From assembly GCF_000006765.1 (NCBI RefSeq), contig NC_002516.2: a DNA stretch of 64,000 nucleotides; one strand, 5' to 3'. Under the pieces are notes generated by a model. That model ran no database searches. It saw only the letters and a program-made list of their open reading frames with translations, and was not told where the DNA came from. The translations under genes and the position numbers were made by a program. Source of the stretch: Pseudomonas aeruginosa PAO1. Lineage in GTDB: Bacteria; Pseudomonadota; Gammaproteobacteria; Pseudomonadales; Pseudomonadaceae. Of the stretch, positions 56,156 through 64,000 are shown in pieces (position 1 is the first letter of the stretch; every line of letters begins with the position of its first letter).

Positions 56156-58804
56156 ATGCAAGACCTCGATCCCGTCGAAACCCAGGAATGGCTGGACGCC
56201 CTGGAGTCCGTACTCGACCGCGAAGGTGAAGACCGCGCTCATTACCTGATGACCCGCATGGGCGAGCTGGCCAGCCGTAGCGGCACCCAACTGCCCTACG
56301 CGATCACCACGCCCTATCGCAACACCATTCCGGTAACCCACGAAGCACGCATGCCCGGCGACCTGTTCATGGAACGCCGGATCCGCTCCCTGGTGCGCTG
56401 GAACGCCCTGGCGATGGTGATGCGGGCGAACAAGCACGACCCGGACCTGGGCGGCCACATCTCCACCTTCGCCTCCTCGGCGACCCTCTACGACATCGGC
56501 TTCAACTATTTCTTCCAGGCTCCCACCGACGAACACGGCGGCGACCTGGTGTTCTTCCAGGGCCACGCGTCCCCCGGCGTCTACGCCCGGGCCTTCCTCG
56601 AAGGCCGCATCAGCGAGGAACAACTGGAGAACTTCCGCCAGGAAGTGGACGGCAACGGCCTGTCCTCCTATCCGCACCCCTGGCTGATGCCAGACTTCTG
56701 GCAGTTCCCCACCGTATCCATGGGCCTTGGCCCGATCCAGGCGATCTACCAGGCACGCTTCATGAAGTACCTGGAAAGCCGCGGCTTCATCCCCGCCGGC
56801 AAGCAGAAGGTCTGGTGCTTCATGGGCGACGGCGAGTGCGACGAGCCGGAATCCCTCGGCGCGATCTCCCTGGCCGGCCGCGAGAAACTCGACAACCTGA
56901 TCTTCGTCATCAACTGCAACCTGCAGCGCCTCGACGGCCCGGTCCGCGGCAACGCCAAGATCATCCAGGAACTGGAAGGCGTGTTCCGCGGCGCCGAGTG
57001 GAACGTCAACAAGGTCATCTGGGGTCGCTTCTGGGACCCGCTGTTCGCCAAGGACACCGCCGGCCTGCTGCAGCAGCGCATGGACGAGGTCATCGACGGC
57101 GAATACCAGAACTACAAGGCGAAAGACGGCGCCTACGTGCGCGAGCACTTCTTCGGCGCGCGTCCGGAACTGCTGGAAATGGTCAAGGACCTTTCCGACG
57201 AGGAAATCTGGAAGCTCAACCGCGGCGGCCACGACCCCTACAAGGTCTATGCGGCCTACCACCAGGCGGTCAACCACAAGGGCCAGCCGACCGTCATCCT
57301 GGCCAAGACCATCAAGGGCTACGGCACCGGCAGCGGCGAAGCGAAGAACATCGCGCACAACGTGAAGAAGGTCGACGTCGACAGCCTGCGCGCGTTCCGC
57401 GACAAGTTCGACATCCCGGTCAAGGACGCCGACCTGGAGAAGCTGCCGTTCTACAAGCCTGAAGAAGGCAGCGCCGAGGCCAAGTACCTGGCCGAGCGCC
57501 GCGCCGCGCTGGGCGGCTTCATGCCGGTGCGCCGGCAGAAGAGCATGAGCGTGCCGGTTCCGCCGCTGGAAACCCTGAAGGCCATGCTCGACGGCTCCGG
57601 CGATCGCGAGATCTCCACCACCATGGCCTTCGTGCGGATCATCTCGCAGCTGGTCAAGGACAAGGAACTCGGCCCGCGCATCGTCCCGATCGTCCCGGAC
57701 GAGGCCCGTACCTTCGGCATGGAAGGCATGTTCCGCCAGCTCGGCATCTACTCCTCGGTCGGCCAGCTCTACGAGCCGGTGGACAAGGACCAGGTGATGT
57801 TCTACCGCGAGGACAAGAAGGGCCAGATCCTCGAGGAAGGCATCAACGAGGCCGGCGCCATGTCCAGCTGGATTGCCGCCGGTACCTCCTACAGCACCCA
57901 CAACCAGCCGATGCTGCCGTTCTACATCTTCTATTCGATGTTCGGCTTCCAGCGCATCGGCGACCTGGCCTGGGCCGCCGGCGACAGCCGCGCGCACGGC
58001 TTCCTGATCGGCGGCACCGCCGGTCGCACCACGCTGAACGGCGAAGGCCTGCAGCACGAGGACGGCCACAGCCACCTGCTGGCCTCGACCATCCCGAACT
58101 GCCGCACCTACGATCCGACCTACGCCTACGAACTGGCGGTGATCATCCGCGAAGGCTCGCGGCAGATGATCGAAGAGCAGCAGGACATCTTCTACTACAT
58201 CACCGTGATGAACGAGAACTACGTCCAGCCGGCCATGCCGAAGGGCGCAGAGGAAGGCATCATCAAGGGCATGTACCTCCTCGAGGAGGACAAGAAGGAA
58301 GCCGCTCACCACGTGCAACTGCTGGGCTCCGGCACCATCCTGCGCGAAGTCGAGGAAGCGGCCAAGCTGCTGCGCAACGACTTCGGCATCGGCGCCGACG
58401 TCTGGAGCGTGCCGAGCTTCAACGAGCTGCGTCGCGACGGCCTTGCCGTCGAGCGCTGGAACCGCCTGCATCCGGGCCAGAAGCCGAAGCAGAGCTACGT
58501 CGAGGAGTGCCTGGGCGGCCGTCGCGGCCCGGTGATCGCCTCCACCGACTACATGAAGCTCTACGCCGAGCAGATCCGCCAGTGGGTTCCCTCCAAGGAG
58601 TACAAGGTGCTCGGCACCGACGGCTTCGGCCGCAGCGACAGCCGCAAGAAGCTGCGCAACTTCTTCGAAGTGGATCGTCACTGGGTGGTGCTGGCCGCGC
58701 TCGAAGCGCTGGCCGATCGCGGCGATATCGAGCCGAAAGTGGTGGCCGAGGCCATCGCCAAGTACGGTATCGATCCGGAGAAGCGCAACCCGCTGGATTG
58801 CTAA
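56156..58804 (+). CDS. aceE: Pyruvate dehydrogenase E1 (882 aa from MQDLDP)
   Basis: GGHISTFASSA, QFPTVSMGLG, GDGECDEPES TPP motif, GLQHEDGHS, LGTDGFGRSD; GGAG RBS. Confidence 0.98.
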   Translation: MQDLDPVETQEWLDALESVLDREGEDRAHYLMTRMGELASRSGTQLPYAITTPYRNTIPVTHEARMPGDLFMERRIRSLVRWNALAMVMRANKHDPDLGGHISTFASSATLYDIGFNYFFQAPTDEHGGDLVFFQGHASPGVYARAFLEGRISEEQLENFRQEVDGNGLSSYPHPWLMPDFWQFPTVSMGLGPIQAIYQARFMKYLESRGFIPAGKQKVWCFMGDGECDEPESLGAISLAGREKLDNLIFVINCNLQRLDGPVRGNAKIIQELEGVFRGAEWNVNKVIWGRFWDPLFAKDTAGLLQQRMDEVIDGEYQNYKAKDGAYVREHFFGARPELLEMVKDLSDEEIWKLNRGGHDPYKVYAAYHQAVNHKGQPTVILAKTIKGYGTGSGEAKNIAHNVKKVDVDSLRAFRDKFDIPVKDADLEKLPFYKPEEGSAEAKYLAERRAALGGFMPVRRQKSMSVPVPPLETLKAMLDGSGDREISTTMAFVRIISQLVKDKELGPRIVPIVPDEARTFGMEGMFRQLGIYSSVGQLYEPVDKDQVMFYREDKKGQILEEGINEAGAMSSWIAAGTSYSTHNQPMLPFYIFYSMFGFQRIGDLAWAAGDSRAHGFLIGGTAGRTTLNGEGLQHEDGHSHLLASTIPNCRTYDPTYAYELAVIIREGSRQMIEEQQDIFYYITVMNENYVQPAMPKGAEEGIIKGMYLLEEDKKEAAHHVQLLGSGTILREVEEAAKLLRNDFGIGADVWSVPSFNELRRDGLAVERWNRLHPGQKPKQSYVEECLGGRRGPVIASTDYMKLYAEQIRQWVPSKEYKVLGTDGFGRSDSRKKLRNFFEVDRHWVVLAALEALADRGDIEPKVVAEAIAKYGIDPEKRNPLDC

Positions 58805-58817
58805 TTCGCTCCATACT

Positions 58818-58873
58818 CCCCTCGGCAGCGAGGGGTTTCGAGCACGCCGGCGCCGCCAACGGGCGGCGCCGGC
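58818..58873 (+). other. Two stem-loops in the aceE-aceF intergenic region
   Basis: CCCCTCG-gcag-CGAGGGG-TTT (58818-58838) and perfect GCCGGCGCCGCC-aacg-GGCGGCGCCGGC (58846-58873). Confidence 0.65.
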
Positions 58874-58948
58874 TCACAACGAACCAAGGACCAAAAGTCT
58901 TTGTTTTGCGCGCCGCACAGCGGTGGTGGCACGTAAAAGGAGAGGAAT

Positions 58949-60592
58949 GTGAGCGAACTCATTCGCGTACCCGACATCGGCAACGGTGAGGGTGAAGTCA
59001 TCGAGCTGCTGGTCAAGCCCGGCGACAAGGTCGAGGCCGATCAGAGCCTGCTGACCCTGGAATCCGACAAGGCCAGCATGGAAATCCCCAGTCCCAAGGC
59101 CGGGGTAGTGAAAAGCATCAAGGCGAAGGTCGGCGACACCTTGAAAGAAGGTGACGAAATCCTCGAGCTGGAAGTGGAAGGCGGCGAACAGCCTGCCGAA
59201 GCCAAGGCCGAGGCAGCGCCCGCCCAACCGGAAGCGCCGAAAGCCGAAGCGCCTGCTCCCGCCCCGAGCGAGAGCAAGCCGGCCGCCCCCGCCGCGGCCA
59301 GCGTCCAGGACATCAAGGTCCCGGACATCGGCTCGGCCGGCAAGGCCAACGTCATCGAAGTGATGGTCAAGGCCGGCGACACGGTCGAGGCCGACCAGTC
59401 GCTGATCACCCTGGAATCCGACAAGGCCAGCATGGAGATCCCCTCGCCGGCCTCCGGGGTGGTGGAAAGCGTCTCGATCAAGGTCGGTGACGAAGTCGGC
59501 ACCGGCGACCTGATCCTCAAGCTGAAGGTGGAAGGCGCCGCTCCGGCAGCCGAAGAGCAACCGGCAGCCGCTCCGGCCCAGGCCGCGGCGCCCGCCGCCG
59601 AGCAGAAGCCCGCCGCGGCGGCCCCTGCGCCAGCCAAGGCCGATACCCCGGCTCCGGTCGGCGCACCCAGCCGCGACGGCGCCAAGGTCCACGCCGGCCC
59701 GGCGGTGCGCATGCTGGCGCGCGAGTTCGGCGTCGAGCTGAGCGAAGTGAAAGCCAGCGGTCCCAAGGGTCGCATCCTCAAGGAAGACGTCCAGGTCTTC
59801 GTCAAGGAGCAACTGCAGCGCGCCAAGTCCGGCGGTGCCGGCGCCACCGGCGGAGCCGGCATCCCGCCGATCCCGGAAGTCGACTTCAGCAAGTTCGGCG
59901 AAGTGGAAGAAGTGGCGATGACCCGCCTGATGCAGGTCGGCGCCGCCAACCTGCATCGCAGCTGGCTGAACGTGCCGCACGTGACCCAGTTCGACCAGTC
60001 GGACATCACCGACATGGAAGCCTTCCGCGTTGCCCAGAAGGCCGCGGCGGAGAAGGCCGGGGTCAAGCTGACCGTACTGCCGATCCTGCTCAAGGCCTGC
60101 GCCCACCTGCTCAAGGAACTGCCGGACTTCAACAGTTCGCTGGCCCCCAGCGGCAAGGCGCTGATCCGCAAGAAGTACGTACACATCGGCTTCGCCGTGG
60201 ACACTCCGGACGGCCTGCTGGTCCCGGTGATCCGCGATGTCGACCGGAAGAGCCTCCTGCAACTGGCCGCCGAGGCCGCCGACCTGGCCGACAAGGCCCG
60301 CAACAAGAAGCTCTCGGCCGATGCCATGCAGGGCGCCTGCTTCACCATCTCCAGTCTCGGCCACATCGGCGGCACCGGCTTCACGCCGATCGTCAACGCG
60401 CCGGAAGTGGCGATCCTCGGTGTGTCCAAGGCGACCATGCAGCCGGTATGGGACGGCAAGGCCTTCCAGCCGCGCCTGATGCTGCCGCTGTCGCTGTCCT
60501 ACGACCATCGCGTGATCAACGGTGCCGCCGCGGCGCGCTTCACCAAGCGCCTGGGCGAGCTGCTGGCGGACATCCGCACCCTGCTCCTGTAA
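58949..60592 (+). CDS. aceF: Pyruvate dehydrogenase E2 (dihydrolipoamide acetyltransferase), two lipoyl domains
   Basis: Two LESDKASMEIP lipoyl motifs, Ala/Pro linkers, HAGPAVR E3-binding domain, DHRVING catalytic motif. Confidence 0.98.
   Translation: MSELIRVPDIGNGEGEVIELLVKPGDKVEADQSLLTLESDKASMEIPSPKAGVVKSIKAKVGDTLKEGDEILELEVEGGEQPAEAKAEAAPAQPEAPKAEAPAPAPSESKPAAPAAASVQDIKVPDIGSAGKANVIEVMVKAGDTVEADQSLITLESDKASMEIPSPASGVVESVSIKVGDEVGTGDLILKLKVEGAAPAAEEQPAAAPAQAAAPAAEQKPAAAAPAPAKADTPAPVGAPSRDGAKVHAGPAVRMLAREFGVELSEVKASGPKGRILKEDVQVFVKEQLQRAKSGGAGATGGAGIPPIPEVDFSKFGEVEEVAMTRLMQVGAANLHRSWLNVPHVTQFDQSDITDMEAFRVAQKAAAEKAGVKLTVLPILLKACAHLLKELPDFNSSLAPSGKALIRKKYVHIGFAVDTPDGLLVPVIRDVDRKSLLQLAAEAADLADKARNKKLSADAMQGACFTISSLGHIGGTGFTPIVNAPEVAILGVSKATMQPVWDGKAFQPRLMLPLSLSYDHRVINGAAAARFTKRLGELLADIRTLLL
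59054..59436 (+). repeat. 29-nt exact direct repeat in the two lipoyl-domain coding regions
   Basis: ACCCTGGAATCCGACAAGGCCAGCATGGA at 59054-59082 and 59408-59436. Confidence 0.85.
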
Positions 60593-60655
60593 TACCTGCG
60601 CCGCTCCCCACGGAGCGGCCAGCCCCTCTCGCGAGCATGCCACGCTCGTCTCTCG

Positions 60656-60682
60656 GCCCCACCGGATGGTGGGGCTTTTTTT
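60656..60682 (+). terminator. Rho-independent terminator of aceEF
   Basis: GCCCCACC-ggat-GGTGGGGC followed by T7; preceded by a further hairpin GCCGCTCC-ccac-GGAGCGGC (60600-60619). Confidence 0.9.
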
Positions 60683-61009
60683 GCCCGCCTGACGGCTCGG
60701 CGAAACTGCGTCCCGTCGTACCGCCAGCGAATGCCACAGGACCCGCAGGCGCGAGTTCGGCGCGCACGATGACAGGCGCTCGACGCCAACCCTCCCGGCG
60801 AAGCCAACCCTACGAAAAACAGGGCTTTTCCAGCGGCACCGCAGACCTCCGACCGTCCAGCGGTTTTTTCCCGGATACGCTTAACTTGGGCCCTGCCGGG
60901 CCGATACAGAGTTACTTGTCAGACCAATCGGCATAATGCACCCTTTGCCTGCACCCCATCGAAACGGGTCGAGGCCTCCCCCTCGCTCAGTACCTGGAAT
61001 CAGCCTCGC

Positions 61010-63709
61010 ATGAAAAGTCATCCCGATGCCGCCAGCCGTTCGGCGGCCGAGGTTGTCACGCAGCTACCCGTGCCGTCGCGGCTCGGGCTGCTGCGTTTCG
61101 AGCGGCTGAACGAGCCGAGCTGGGCACTGCTGTTCCTCGATCCTGCCTGCGAGCGCCAGCTCGGGCTGCCGGCGACTACCCTCTGCGCACTGCTCGATGC
61201 GCCTTACGCCAGCCTGATGGAACCCGAGGCCCGCCACCGCCTGCACGAGCAGATCCAGCAGCAACTGGTGAAGCGCCCGCACTACCAGGTGAGCTACAAG
61301 CTGCACACACCCAACGGCGTGCTGACCATGCTGGAGTTCGGCGAAGCCTTCCAGCAGCATGGCCGCCAGTTGCTGCACGGCTACCTGATGGTCGAGGAGC
61401 GAGCGGAGAGCGCCGAGCGCAGCGAACAGTTGCTCGACCTGGAATCGCAGAACCTGCGCCTGAAGGCGTCCCTGGACCTCTACCAGCGCTCCCAGGACGA
61501 CCACCTGCAACACCTGCTGCGCTCGCGCACCCAGCAGAACCTGATCGTCCGCCTGGCCCGCCATCGCTACCTGTCCAGCGACCCGCTGCTGGAGGCTGCG
61601 CAACTGATCACCCAGGCCGCCTGCGAAGCCTACGGCACCGCGCGAGCCGGCATCTGGCGGCTGCTCGACGACCAGCGCCTGGAAGCGGTGACCGTCTACC
61701 GCCGCGACCTCGACCAGTACGAGAAGCCCCAGAGCATCGACGCCAGCCGCTACCCCGCCTACCTCGAGGCGGTACACAGCGGGCGCGCCATCGACGCCCA
61801 CAACGCCCAGCGCGACCCACGCACCCAGGAACTCTACAAGGACTACCTGAGGCCGCTGGGCGTCAACGCCCTGCTCGACGCCACCATCCGCATCGGCGGC
61901 GAGGTGGTCGGCGTGCTGTGCCTGGAACACGCCGGCGAGAACCGCATGTGGCAGAGCGACGAGATCGCCTTCGCCGGGGAACTCGCCGACCAGTACGCGC
62001 AGGTCCTGATGAACCACGAGCGACGCAATGTCTCCAGCGCCCTGCACCTGTTCCAGCGCGCGGTGGAACAGAGCGCCAGCGCCTTCCTGCTGATCGACCG
62101 CGACGGCGTGGTGGAATACGTCAATCCGAGCTTCACCTCGATCACCCAGTACAGCGCCGACGAAGTGCGTAACCGACGCCTGTCCGAGCTTCCGGCGCTG
62201 GAGAACCTCAGCGAGCTGCTGTTCGACGCGCGTTCCGCGCTGACCCAGCAGAACAGCTGGCAGGGCGAGTTCCGCAGCCGCCGCAAGAACCACGAGCCTT
62301 ACTGGGGCCAGTTGTCGCTGTCGAAGGTCTACGACGATCTCGGCGAGCTGACCCACTACATCGGCATCTACGAAGACATCACGCAGAACAAGCTGGCCCA
62401 GCAGCACATCGAGAAACTCGCCTACCGCGACAACCTCACCGGCCTGGCCAACCGGCACTATTTCATCGGCGCCCTCGAGGAACGCCTGGAAAGCAGCGGC
62501 GACCGCCCGCTCAGCCTGCTGCTGGTGGACATCGACAACTTCAAGCGGATCAATGACAGCCTCGGCCACCAGACCGGCGACAAGCTGCTGGTCAGCCTGG
62601 CCCGGCGCTTGCGCAGTTGCCTCGGCGACGGCGCCACCCTGGCGCGCTTCGCCAGCAACGAGTTCGCCGTGCTGCTCGACGACACCGCGGTGGAAAAGGG
62701 CGAAAGCATTGCCGCGCAGGTCCTGCACATGCTCGACAAGCCGCTGTTCGTCGACAACCAGTTGATCAACATCACCGGCTCCATCGGCCTGGCCAGCGCC
62801 CCGCAGCACGGCTGCGACCCGCAGACCCTGATGAAGTACGCCGGCCTGGCGCTGCACAAGGCCAAGGCCAACGGCAAGCACCAGGTCCAGGTGTTCACCG
62901 AGGCGCTGACCGCCGAGGCCAGCTACAAGCTGTTCGTCGAGAGCAACCTGCGCCGCGCCCTGGCGCAGAACGAACTGGCGGTGCACTACCAGCCCAAGCT
63001 GTGCCTGCGCAGCGGCCAGTTGCTCGGCCTGGAAGCCCTGCTGCGCTGGCAGCATCCGGAAAAAGGCATGATCCGCCCGGACCGCTTCATCAGCGTGGCC
63101 GAGGAAACCGGGCTGATCGTGCCGATCGGCAAGTGGGTGATCCGCGAAGCCTGTCGCCAGGCCCGCGAGCTGGCCGAGGCCGGGCTGGGCGAGCTGCAGA
63201 TCGCCATCAACCTGTCGCCCAAGCAGTTCACCGACCCGGACCTGGTCGGCTCGATCGCGGCGATCCTCCACGAAGAGAACATCCCGGCCAGCCAGCTGGA
63301 ACTGGAGCTCACCGAAAGCCTGCTGCTGGACGCCACCGACGATACCCGCCAGCAACTCGAACGCCTGAAGAGCCTCGGCCTGACCCTGGCGATGGACGAC
63401 TTCGGCACCGGCTACTCGTCACTGAGCTACCTGAAGAAATTCCCCATCGACGTGATCAAGATCGACCGCAGCTTCATCAAGGACATCCCGGACAGCCAGG
63501 ACGACATGGAAATCACCTCGGCGGTGATCGCCATGGCCCACAACCTCAAGCTCAAGGTAGTCGCCGAAGGCGTGGAGAGCGCCGAGCAACTGGCCTTCCT
63601 CCGGCGCAACCGCTGCGACATCGGCCAGGGCTACCTGTTCGACCGGCCGATCCCCAGCGACCTGCTCAATACCAGTCTGCTGCGCTATCCCTGCCGCACC
63701 CTGCACTGA
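61010..63709 (+). CDS. dipA: c-di-GMP phosphodiesterase (PAS-GAF-PAS-degenerate GGDEF-EAL)
   Basis: GAF (LLDATI..GVLCLEH), PAS (YVNPSF..W.GE), RFASNEF replacing GGDEF, GLEALLRW, MDDFGTGYSSLSYL, VAEGVE. Confidence 0.92.
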   Translation: MKSHPDAASRSAAEVVTQLPVPSRLGLLRFERLNEPSWALLFLDPACERQLGLPATTLCALLDAPYASLMEPEARHRLHEQIQQQLVKRPHYQVSYKLHTPNGVLTMLEFGEAFQQHGRQLLHGYLMVEERAESAERSEQLLDLESQNLRLKASLDLYQRSQDDHLQHLLRSRTQQNLIVRLARHRYLSSDPLLEAAQLITQAACEAYGTARAGIWRLLDDQRLEAVTVYRRDLDQYEKPQSIDASRYPAYLEAVHSGRAIDAHNAQRDPRTQELYKDYLRPLGVNALLDATIRIGGEVVGVLCLEHAGENRMWQSDEIAFAGELADQYAQVLMNHERRNVSSALHLFQRAVEQSASAFLLIDRDGVVEYVNPSFTSITQYSADEVRNRRLSELPALENLSELLFDARSALTQQNSWQGEFRSRRKNHEPYWGQLSLSKVYDDLGELTHYIGIYEDITQNKLAQQHIEKLAYRDNLTGLANRHYFIGALEERLESSGDRPLSLLLVDIDNFKRINDSLGHQTGDKLLVSLARRLRSCLGDGATLARFASNEFAVLLDDTAVEKGESIAAQVLHMLDKPLFVDNQLINITGSIGLASAPQHGCDPQTLMKYAGLALHKAKANGKHQVQVFTEALTAEASYKLFVESNLRRALAQNELAVHYQPKLCLRSGQLLGLEALLRWQHPEKGMIRPDRFISVAEETGLIVPIGKWVIREACRQARELAEAGLGELQIAINLSPKQFTDPDLVGSIAAILHEENIPASQLELELTESLLLDATDDTRQQLERLKSLGLTLAMDDFGTGYSSLSYLKKFPIDVIKIDRSFIKDIPDSQDDMEITSAVIAMAHNLKLKVVAEGVESAEQLAFLRRNRCDIGQGYLFDRPIPSDLLNTSLLRYPCRTLH

Positions 63710-63802
63710 TCGCCCAGGCTTCCCCCGCCGGCGCGGAAAGGCTGTACTCTCTGTGCTCATCCGCGAGTCATTCGCCTACCCCCTGAGCAGGAGACGAGAG
63801 CC

Positions 63803-64000
63803 ATGGTTCTGCGTTCTGAAATCCTCACCAAGAAAAGCGAGCTGCCCACGCCGGACCAGGCCCTGCCGGGTCGCGAAAGCGCCATGCCGGTGCCCGAAGC
63901 GCACTTCGTCAACGGCCGCCCGCTGACCGCGCCGTTCCCCGCCGGCCTGCAACAGGTGCTGTTCGGCATGGGCTGCTTCTGGGGCGCCGAGCGTCGCCTC
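63803..64000 (+). CDS. msrA: Peptide methionine sulfoxide reductase A, 5' part only
   Basis: Manual translation [24 protein letters not shown]...[13 protein letters not shown] with the GCFWG active-site motif; AGGAG RBS. Confidence 0.95.
   Translation, partial: MVLRSEILTKKSELPTPDQALPGRESAMPVPEAHFVNGRPLTAPFPAGLQQVLFGMGCFWGAERRL

Noticed and set aside
59200-59660. Low-complexity GCC/CCG-rich repeats resembling a VNTR
   Set aside because: They encode the normal Ala/Pro-rich linkers of AceF
62630-62670. ASNEF in place of GGDEF as a possible inactivating mutation
   Set aside because: A degenerate GGDEF domain is the known native state of the DipA phosphodiesterase
53184-63355. Very long antisense ORFs opposite glnE (923 aa), aceE (857 aa), aceF (589 aa) and dipA (763 aa)
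   Set aside because: They mirror the sense codon frame of well-established genes and have no recognisable domains

Overview
High-GC (Pseudomonas-type codon usage) chromosomal window. Gene content and order match my recollection of the Pseudomonas aeruginosa core region PA4970-PA5018 (PAO1 numbering, recognised from protein sequences, not from a database search). In order: yqiB (partial), nudF, an RsiV-like lipoprotein, thiC with a TPP riboswitch, opmH/tolC, the arginine-transaminase (aru) cluster with an acyl-CoA module, permease and AruR/SBP/AruS signalling genes, an amine-type SBP/flavoenzyme module with two regulators, waaA, LysR-emrE, an FAD oxidoreductase/aldo-keto reductase/Nudix-like trio, a tandem acyl-CoA dehydrogenase pair, hldE, msbA, the LPS core cluster (waaL, wapR, ssg, dnpA, mig-14, wapH, carbamoyltransferase, kinases, waaG/C/F), ilvE, glnE, aceEF, dipA and the start of msrA. 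I see no mobile element, prophage, CRISPR array, rRNA or tRNA. The best candidates for undescribed biology are functional inferences on core genes: (1) a redox pair plus a degenerate Nudix protein inside the LPS cluster, possibly acting on ADP-heptose; (2) a three-component AruR-SBP-AruS sensor; (3) an unexplained CoA beta-oxidation module inside the aru operon; (4) a DnpA/Mig-14 route to the N-alanyl-galactosamine of the LPS core; (5) a FadE23/FadE24-like heteromeric acyl-CoA dehydrogenase; (6) a TPP riboswitch with an extra hairpin in loop L5.
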